Shown here: positions 57,419 through 63,556 of the stretch, one piece after another
Position numbering within the stretch: position 1 is the first letter of the stretch
How the letters are laid out: every line of letters begins with the position of its first letter
NCBI GenBank assembly: GCA_903900795.1
Contig: CAIUOO010000425.1
Coordinates: 1-63,556 of the forward strand
Direction of reading: 5' to 3'
Length of the DNA: 63,556 nt
Source: an uncultured Gemmatimonadota bacterium
Lineage (GTDB): Bacteria > Gemmatimonadota > Gemmatimonadetes > Gemmatimonadales > Gemmatimonadaceae
Program-made: the position numbers and the translations under genes
The notes under the pieces: generated by a model
Seen by the model: only the letters and a program-made list of their open reading frames with translations
Told to the model about the DNA's origin: nothing
Databases searched by the model: none

Positions 57419-57913
57419 TCAGCGCCCGTTACCGGACACTGAGGAGTAGCGTCCCGTCCGATCATACGGACGGGTAAAATTTCCGAGCGGTGTGGACACC
57501 GTGAAATCGCCACGCACCCGATAGTTCACGGTGCCGGCCGCCACGAGCGACCGACCGGCCGCGCCCAACCCAGCGTACGTGAAACGTACTGGCAAGCGCA
57601 CCCGCGAGGAGTCTTTTCCCGGCACCACGAACCGACCATCAAGCGCCCCGCTTCCCAGCTTGATGGTGTCCACGTCCACCTGATAGGTCATGCTCAGCGC
57701 GTCGAGCTTGTACCCGTTGGGGTTGTACACGGAGAGCACGACGTCGATGCTGCCCCCGGTGAGTCCGAGACCGGTCACATTGAACTCGCGCAGCGTGACC
57801 ACCGGTTCCGTAAACGTCGCGCGTCCAAGCGTGGCGCACGCCGCGCCTCCCGTGGTGAAGGCCACGACCGCTCCCGCCGTCATCCAGCGCCGTACCGCCC
57901 TCGTCATGCGCAT
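57419..57913 (-). CDS. LEA type 2 (WHy) family lipoprotein
   Basis: Signal peptide with lipobox-like GAAC, V-NPN motif, beta-sandwich pattern. Confidence 0.85.
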   Translation of the reverse strand: MRMTRAVRRWMTAGAVVAFTTGGAACATLGRATFTEPVVTLREFNVTGLGLTGGSIDVVLSVYNPNGYKLDALSMTYQVDVDTIKLGSGALDGRFVVPGKDSSRVRLPVRFTYAGLGAAGRSLVAAGTVNYRVRGDFTVSTPLGNFTRPYDRTGRYSSVSGNGR

Positions 57914-58017
57914 CTGGTATCCTCGGAACTGAACGGTCGACGTACATCACCCAGGTGCCGCCAGACCGGCGACGCATCATGTCCTACACTCATACCCGTT
58001 CCCTCGGTCGAGTTCCG

Positions 58018-59334
58018 CTACTCGGCCACCGGAGGCCCGCCACGCTCCGCCCACCACGCGAGGCGTTTGGCAATCTGCTTCTCTTCGCCCACCGAGAGCG
58101 GATGATAGTAGGTCTGACCTTGAATTTCCGGTGGCTGATACGGCTGCGCGACGAACGACCCGGGATGATCGTGTGGGTACTCGTAGGGTACGCGGCGATC
58201 GGGATCAGCACGCAGATGCATCTCGGAATTGAGGAGGTGCGCGGGCACCGGCACCGACGGCGACTCGGCGGCGGCGGCACGGGCCGCAGCCCACGCCTGA
58301 TACAGGCGATTCGACTTCGGCGCCACGGCACAGTACACGGCCGCCTGAGCGACCGCTCGTTCTCCCTCCGCGGGCCCGAGCCGACGAAACGTCTCCCACG
58401 CCGTCATCACGATCCCGATCGCCTGCGGATCTGCGAGACCGATATCCTCCGTGGCCATCGCCGCCAGCCGACGCAAAAAGATCTGCGCGTCTTCACCGGC
58501 TTGCAGGCCGCGCGCGAGCCAGTACAGCACGGCGTGTGGATCACTGCCCCGAAGCGACTTGTGAAACGCCGACAAGACCGCATTACGATCGACATCGACG
58601 CGGTCGTAGCTCACGACGCGCATCCCCAGTGCGTCCGCCAGTGCCGCACGCGTCAAGGTAGCACCAGCTGGGAGCACCTGGGCCACCGCTTCCAGCGCCC
58701 CAAGGGCGCGACGCGCATCGCCGTCCGCCTGCTCCGCCAGCCAACGCATCGTCTCCGGATCGGCCTGCAGCCGCTGTGCCCCGAGTCCTCGCGGCTCGTC
58801 GGCCAGCGCGCGCGCACAGACGCTCGCGACGTCCTCGACCATGAGTGGACGTAGCGCATACACCCGAGACCGCGACAACAACGCGCCAACGACCGCGAAT
58901 CCAGGCACCTCCGTCGTCGCGCCGCACAACGTGATGACGCCGTTCTCGACGTGCGGCAGCAAGGCGTCCTGCTGCGACTTCGCCCATCGGTGGATTTCAT
59001 CGATCACGACCAACGTGCGGCGCCCTTCATAGCTGCGACGCTTGTCGGCTTCGGCTACGATCTCACGAAGGCGCGGGATGCCGTCCGTGACCGCGTTCAA
59101 CACCACGACCGTCTGCTGGGTGTACCGGCCGATCAGGCTCGCGATCGTCGTTTTTCCCGTGCCACTGGGACCGGTCAGGATCACGCTCCCGATGGTACCG
59201 TTGCGGATCGCCTCGCCCAGTGGGCGTCCGGGACCGAGCAGATGCTGCTGCCCAGCGACGTCTTCCAAGCGCTCGGGGCGCATGCGCGCGGCAAGCGGTT
59301 CCCGGGCACTGGCGGAGAACAGCGTTCCGCTCAT
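58018..59334 (-). CDS. rarA: replication-associated recombination protein A
   Basis: PLAARMRP, GPSGTGKTT, DEIHR, QQDALLP, GATTE, SAFHKSLRGSD, EDIGLADP, PKSN, YEYPHD. Confidence 0.95.
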   Translation of the reverse strand: MSGTLFSASAREPLAARMRPERLEDVAGQQHLLGPGRPLGEAIRNGTIGSVILTGPSGTGKTTIASLIGRYTQQTVVVLNAVTDGIPRLREIVAEADKRRSYEGRRTLVVIDEIHRWAKSQQDALLPHVENGVITLCGATTEVPGFAVVGALLSRSRVYALRPLMVEDVASVCARALADEPRGLGAQRLQADPETMRWLAEQADGDARRALGALEAVAQVLPAGATLTRAALADALGMRVVSYDRVDVDRNAVLSAFHKSLRGSDPHAVLYWLARGLQAGEDAQIFLRRLAAMATEDIGLADPQAIGIVMTAWETFRRLGPAEGERAVAQAAVYCAVAPKSNRLYQAWAAARAAAAESPSVPVPAHLLNSEMHLRADPDRRVPYEYPHDHPGSFVAQPYQPPEIQGQTYYHPLSVGEEKQIAKRLAWWAERGGPPVAE

Positions 59335-59522
59335 CGGGCACGCGTCGGTAAGGGCGCGCGCAATCCCAGCCGCTCCGCGTCGGCGAGCGCGACCATGCCC
59401 CCTACGACGCCGTACGTCGCCGGAGGCACGCGCCGCAGCCCGACCGGATCACGCAGAGCAGACATGGCCGCTCGGAACCGTCCCACCTCGTCGTCGCGCA
59501 ACAGCGACGTGCGGCTTCGCAT
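59331..59522 (-). CDS. small hypothetical protein (63 aa)
   Basis: Fills the cca-rarA gap; its TGA overlaps the rarA ATG (ATGA); no recognisable motif. Confidence 0.4.
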   Translation of the reverse strand: MRSRTSLLRDDEVGRFRAAMSALRDPVGLRRVPPATYGVVGGMVALADAERLGLRAPLPTRAR

Positions 59523-59542
59523 CTGGAGACTCACGCGGCCCG

Positions 59543-60823
59543 TCAGGCGGGCTCGGGAGGGAGCGCAAGGTCGCGGGCCGCCTCGAGCAGCGCCTCGCGC
59601 GTGTTGGCGGCCGGCTCGTCGATGACCCTCTGCAGAAGGGCGTGCAATATGCGCCCCAGCTCTGGACCAGAGGCGATACCGGCACGGCGCAGGTCGTCGC
59701 CATCCACCGTGAGATCCGCGAGCTCGATGGGTTCGCGGAACGCAATCGTGACCATGCGACGGTGCAGCCGACGGACGACCGCCGGGCTCACACCGCCAAC
59801 CGCGGTCCAATGGGCTGCCGCCAGGCGAACGAAGGCGGCGACCCGCATGCGCCCGATCTCTGCCGCGAGTCGCCGCAACACCGAGTCGTGCGGCAGCGCG
59901 CCGGCAGCCAACGCCTGCGTAAGTGGGGGAGCAAAGCGAGTCCACCGGTCGACGAGCACCGAGATATTGGCGATGTCCTGATTCGAAAATCGCAGATCAC
60001 GCAGGGCGCGCTCCGCCGGCTTCCCTCCCGCCTCACTGAACAGCGCCGCCATCCGCAGCGTTTTCCGAAGCGGACGACCCGCCAAACCGGGGCGAGGCAA
60101 GGCATCAATGGCGCGCAGGGTCTCGTCACGCACCTGCGCGAGAATCGGCACCAACGAGGCAAACGCCCCGGCGTCGCGCCAGCGCGCAAACGCCGTGGAG
60201 GGCGCCAGCACCTGCTCCATCGTCTTCTCGAGCTCCTGCTTGACGCGCTCCGGCGACAGCCGCGGAAGAAACGGCGCACTCCCCACGATGGCGTTCCAGG
60301 TATCCGCCTCAATCTCGAACCGGAAACGCGCCGCGAACCGGATCGCCCGGAGTGCCCGCAGTCGGTCTTCGCGCAGCCGGGCGTCGGCCTCGCCCACGGC
60401 CCGAACCACCCGCCGCGCCAAGTCGAGCTGCCCACCAAACGGGTCGTGCAGACGATGGTCGATCGGATCGTACGCGATGGCGTTGATGGTGAAGTCGCGA
60501 CGCGCCAGATCCTCGTCGAGTGAGGCACCGAACTCGACGACGGCGTGACGGCCATCGGTCTTCACGTCGCGGCGAAAGGTCGTGACTTCATGCATCACGT
60601 TGTGGTGGTCCAGCACACCGATCGTGCCGAACTCAATCCCGACGGGTACCGTGCGTCGGAAGAGCTTGCGGACTTGCGTCGGGGTCGCCGCCGTGGCGAG
60701 ATCCCAATCGAGGTGTGCCTCCCCCAGCAGCGCGTCGCGTACGGCTCCGCCGACACACCAGGTTTCGAAACCTGCCTGCTGGAGCGTCCGAGCGATGTCG
60801 ATGACCTGGCCAGGGGCGCGCAA
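59543..60823 (-). CDS. cca: CCA tRNA nucleotidyltransferase (no HD domain)
   Basis: VGGAVRD, DWDLAT, FRRDVKTDGRH loop, DLARRDFTINA, EDRLRALRAIRF, ERVKQE. Confidence 0.9.
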   Translation of the reverse strand: MRAPGQVIDIARTLQQAGFETWCVGGAVRDALLGEAHLDWDLATAATPTQVRKLFRRTVPVGIEFGTIGVLDHHNVMHEVTTFRRDVKTDGRHAVVEFGASLDEDLARRDFTINAIAYDPIDHRLHDPFGGQLDLARRVVRAVGEADARLREDRLRALRAIRFAARFRFEIEADTWNAIVGSAPFLPRLSPERVKQELEKTMEQVLAPSTAFARWRDAGAFASLVPILAQVRDETLRAIDALPRPGLAGRPLRKTLRMAALFSEAGGKPAERALRDLRFSNQDIANISVLVDRWTRFAPPLTQALAAGALPHDSVLRRLAAEIGRMRVAAFVRLAAAHWTAVGGVSPAVVRRLHRRMVTIAFREPIELADLTVDGDDLRRAGIASGPELGRILHALLQRVIDEPAANTREALLEAARDLALPPEPA

Positions 60824-60846
60824 CGCCTGGCCAGCAGCTGGGCTCG

Positions 60847-61599
60847 CTATCCGCAGAGCACGCTCCCGCCGTTCACATTGAGGATTTCGCCGGTCACGTG
60901 CCGAGCCAGCGGACTGGCCAGAAACAGGATCGGCCCAGCGATATCCAACGGAGACGCGACCCGCCCCAGCGGGATGGCGGCCTCAATCCGATCCAGGCCG
61001 GCCGCAAACGGTTTCACCACCGCCTCTGTGTTCACCCACCCCGGCGCCACCGAGTTCACGGTGATGTCTCGGCTACCGAGCTCGACCGCCAGAGATTTGA
61101 CAAAGGCAATCATCGCGCCCTTGGTTGCCGCGTAGTCGGCGTGCCCCGCCTCGCCGCGTTGCCCAGCGGTGCTCGAAACAAAGATCATGCGACCGCCATC
61201 GCTCATCACGCGCGCCGCGGCCCGCGCGCCGTAGAACATGCCATCCAGATTCGTGGTCATCGTGACACGCCACCGATCGTCGTCGAGCACCGAAACGGGC
61301 AGCGGATCCGGTGGCCACAACCCGGAGTTCCCCACATAGATATCCACGCCACCGAAGAGCTGCATGGCTTTCTCCACAAAGGCCTCGTTGGCGTCTTTTG
61401 TGGATAAATCTCCCATGTGAGAAAAATACCGAACTTTGTGTTGTGTGATATTTTTCAACACCTCGTCCGCCTCGGCGGTGCGACTTCGGTAGGCGATCCC
61501 GACATCAGCCCCAGCCTCGGCGAGCAGGCGCGCGACCGCCGCCCCGATGCCGCGTGAACCGCCCGTCACCAACGCCCGCTTCCCTTTCAGTGAAATCAC
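60847..61599 (-). CDS. SDR family oxidoreductase (FabG-like)
   Basis: TGGSRGIG, YAATK, VNSVAPG, VTGEILNVNGG. Confidence 0.92.
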   Translation of the reverse strand: MISLKGKRALVTGGSRGIGAAVARLLAEAGADVGIAYRSRTAEADEVLKNITQHKVRYFSHMGDLSTKDANEAFVEKAMQLFGGVDIYVGNSGLWPPDPLPVSVLDDDRWRVTMTTNLDGMFYGARAAARVMSDGGRMIFVSSTAGQRGEAGHADYAATKGAMIAFVKSLAVELGSRDITVNSVAPGWVNTEAVVKPFAAGLDRIEAAIPLGRVASPLDIAGPILFLASPLARHVTGEILNVNGGSVLCG

Positions 61600-61687
61600 G
61601 CCAGACCTGTCCTGTCGAAAGACATCAGATAAGAAGATCTAACCACATATTTAGCATGCGGTTAGCAGATGACAGAGAAAGCCTCGT

Positions 61688-62293
61688 TCAGAGTGTCTGT
61701 TCGATCGCGTCGCAGATCGCATGCTGAATGCACAGATGGATCTCCTGCGCCCGGTCGGTCCGATCGGTCGGCACCACAATCGTGTGATCGGCAAGCCCCC
61801 TCAACGCGCCGCCATCTCGCTTCGTCAAGGCCAGCACGGGAATCCCGAGCGCCGTCGCGGCTTCGGCCGCGCGAAGAACGTTCGGTGAGTTCCCGCTGGT
61901 CGAATGAATGATCAAAAGATCTCCACGCTTGCCGAGCGCTTCAACCTGGCGAGAAAAAATGTGATCGAAGCCCAGATCGTTGCCTGCTGCCGTGATGAGC
62001 GACGTGTCCGTGGTTAACGCGATCGCCGGGTAGGCCCGACGGCTCCGCATGTACCGGACCACGTACTCAGTGGCCATGTGCTGGGCGTCGGCGGCCGATC
62101 CCCCGTTGCCGCAGAACAGCAGGGTGCCCCCATGCCTCACCGTCGTACGGACCATGTCCAGTGCGCGCTCAATCTCAGGAGCCAGATCACGCACGACCCG
62201 CCCGGCCGTCTCGGCGAGGTCGGTCAGGGCAGCCAGCAGCGGGGCAACGGACGCGTCTGACGCGTTCTCAGGGCCGCGATCAGCATGGGGCAT
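61688..62293 (-). CDS. gmhA: sedoheptulose-7-phosphate isomerase
   Basis: CGNGGSAADAQH, ND-GFD-IFSRQVEA, STSGNSPN, QEIH. Confidence 0.95.
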   Translation of the reverse strand: MPHADRGPENASDASVAPLLAALTDLAETAGRVVRDLAPEIERALDMVRTTVRHGGTLLFCGNGGSAADAQHMATEYVVRYMRSRRAYPAIALTTDTSLITAAGNDLGFDHIFSRQVEALGKRGDLLIIHSTSGNSPNVLRAAEAATALGIPVLALTKRDGGALRGLADHTIVVPTDRTDRAQEIHLCIQHAICDAIEQTL

Positions 62294-62323
62294 GGATTGG
62301 TCTTGGTTCGGGAATCGATCGCG

Positions 62324-63067
62324 TCAGCGACCGAACATGCGCTTGATTCGTCCAACAAGCCCGGCCCGAAGGGGGGGAACCGGCAGCGGATCCAAGTCGT
62401 CGAGTACGCGCTCGGCGTTGGCCCGGAGGAGCAGCTCCATCTGCTCCTCAGCCCCACGCTCGGCGAGCCAATCCCGCGCAGCACCGAGCGAGCGGGTATC
62501 GCCGTGATTGTCCGAGGCCAAAATATCGATCAGTCCTTCTGCCAGCATCGCCTTGGCAAGATCGGCTGGGACCCCACGGCCCATCAGCACCGAGGCGTCG
62601 GTTTGAATGACCACACCAAGCGCTCGCCATTCCCGAACGAGTTCCAGCGTACACCCGAAATAGCGCTCCGGGTGTGCCAGAACAGGGGTGCGCCCGCTGC
62701 GGGCGATGCGACGCAGTTCGCTGGTGGCCCCACGCGGCAGGCCGCCGCGGGTGAATTCCACGAGCAGCGCGCGGGAGTCCCCGAGGCAGAATTCCGGCGC
62801 TGTCAGGTCGACCCCGGGACTGTCCAGCATGATCTCCCACCCAAGCCGAAGGTCGAGGCCGGCCGGCGCCAAAGCCTGCAACTGCCCCAACAGTTCGCAA
62901 TGCAGCGCATAGGGCGCGCTTGCCGCCTGACTCGCATTGAGGTGCGGCGTACACACGAGGACCGTGACCCCTTGGGCCGCAAATCGATGGAGGACGGGAA
63001 CAGAGACGTCGAGTGACGGAGAACCGTCATCGACGCCCGGCAGCAGGTGCGAATGAATATCAATCAA
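62324..63067 (-). CDS. PHP-family protein tyrosine phosphatase (CpsB/CapC-like)
   Basis: MIDIHSHLLPGVDDG, TPH, AHPERY, ASDNH; AGGAGG SD before TTG. Confidence 0.93.
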   Translation of the reverse strand: MIDIHSHLLPGVDDGSPSLDVSVPVLHRFAAQGVTVLVCTPHLNASQAASAPYALHCELLGQLQALAPAGLDLRLGWEIMLDSPGVDLTAPEFCLGDSRALLVEFTRGGLPRGATSELRRIARSGRTPVLAHPERYFGCTLELVREWRALGVVIQTDASVLMGRGVPADLAKAMLAEGLIDILASDNHGDTRSLGAARDWLAERGAEEQMELLLRANAERVLDDLDPLPVPPLRAGLVGRIKRMFGR

Positions 63068-63123
63068 GACGCGTTCCTCCTGCGGGAGTGAGGCGGCGAT
63101 GCAGCGATCGCGCGCGGGACTGA

Positions 63124-63456
63124 TCAGGCGCCCAACGATCCGGGGAGCGCGGCGATACTGGCAAGGGCGCGAGCTGTCCGCGCGTCCATCAGCGCCGGCT
63201 CGTCAGCCGCGGACTGGAAGGCGTACGTGATGAGCGAATCGACCGCGAGCAGGTCGAGCGCGGTCGCACGCGACGTCGACCCGGACGCCAACAGCTCCTC
63301 AAGCAATTGCTCTCCCGCGTCGAGGCAGGCCTCCGGCACCTGCTGCACCGGCAGATGCGCGAACGGCTGCAGCAACGCCGCGAGACGAACCCGCAGTCCT
63401 TCCGGTGGGGCGGGCATCAAGGCGTCGAACCAGCCACCAACCGTGGTCACGAGCAT
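63124..63456 (-). CDS. hypothetical protein
   Basis: GC3-biased helical ORF (RATALDLLAVDSLITYAFQ); no family recognised; start uncertain. Confidence 0.65.
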   Translation of the reverse strand: MLVTTVGGWFDALMPAPPEGLRVRLAALLQPFAHLPVQQVPEACLDAGEQLLEELLASGSTSRATALDLLAVDSLITYAFQSAADEPALMDARTARALASIAALPGSLGA

Positions 63457-63556
63457 GCCATGTCCATGGTGCTTACCGCGTCGTTCGTCGCGCTCACCCG
63501 ACGGATGCCAGGCGAGAGAAGATTCCTGCCGCCGCGGCGATCGCCGCGTCCAGCCT

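Noticed and set aside
59523-59945. 204-aa ORF 59331-59945 as a full gene
   Set aside because: Most of it overlaps cca in another frame; only the last 63-67 codons are plausible
63457-63556. Partial gene at the right edge
   Set aside because: Too short to assign a frame or product
1-63556. CRISPR array, prophage, IS element or defence system
   Set aside because: No spaced repeats and no cas, phage, transposase or restriction/defence genes seen; the nucleases present (RecJ, XseAB, MutS2, Rny, DnaQ-like) are housekeeping types

Overview
High-GC core-chromosome segment from a diderm bacterium; gene content and order resemble Gemmatimonas/Gemmatimonadota (inferred, not searched). Almost all genes are on the minus strand in overlapping operons: lysine/DAP cluster (M20-asd-lysC-dapB-dapA-dapD) running into an aroA-cmk fusion and rpsA; recN-nadK-dxs-ispA-xseBA-folD-rny-zapA/B-pheTS; infC-rpmI-rplT; rex divergent from a DnaQ-like exonuclease and an MBL hydrolase; rsmA with an orphan RsbV/W/U module, pta, coaD, rsmD, recJ; dnaG-mutS2-yqeY-rpsU; hemW-hrcA-dnaJ-prmA-rsmE-HIT; obg-dprA; hflX, rarA, cca, an SDR, gmhA and a PHP phosphatase; four tRNAs. 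I found no mobile element, CRISPR array or defence island, and no clearly new multi-gene system. The most interesting signals are regulatory: a probable AUC start for hflX (alongside the known AUU start of infC), a recurring leaderless-promoter layout (TAnnnT-N6/7-start codon) at six genes, a perfect Rex operator, a structured 6S-like RNA between zapA and rny, a terminator-containing infC leader, and an uncharacterised glycosidase/exported-protein divergent pair.
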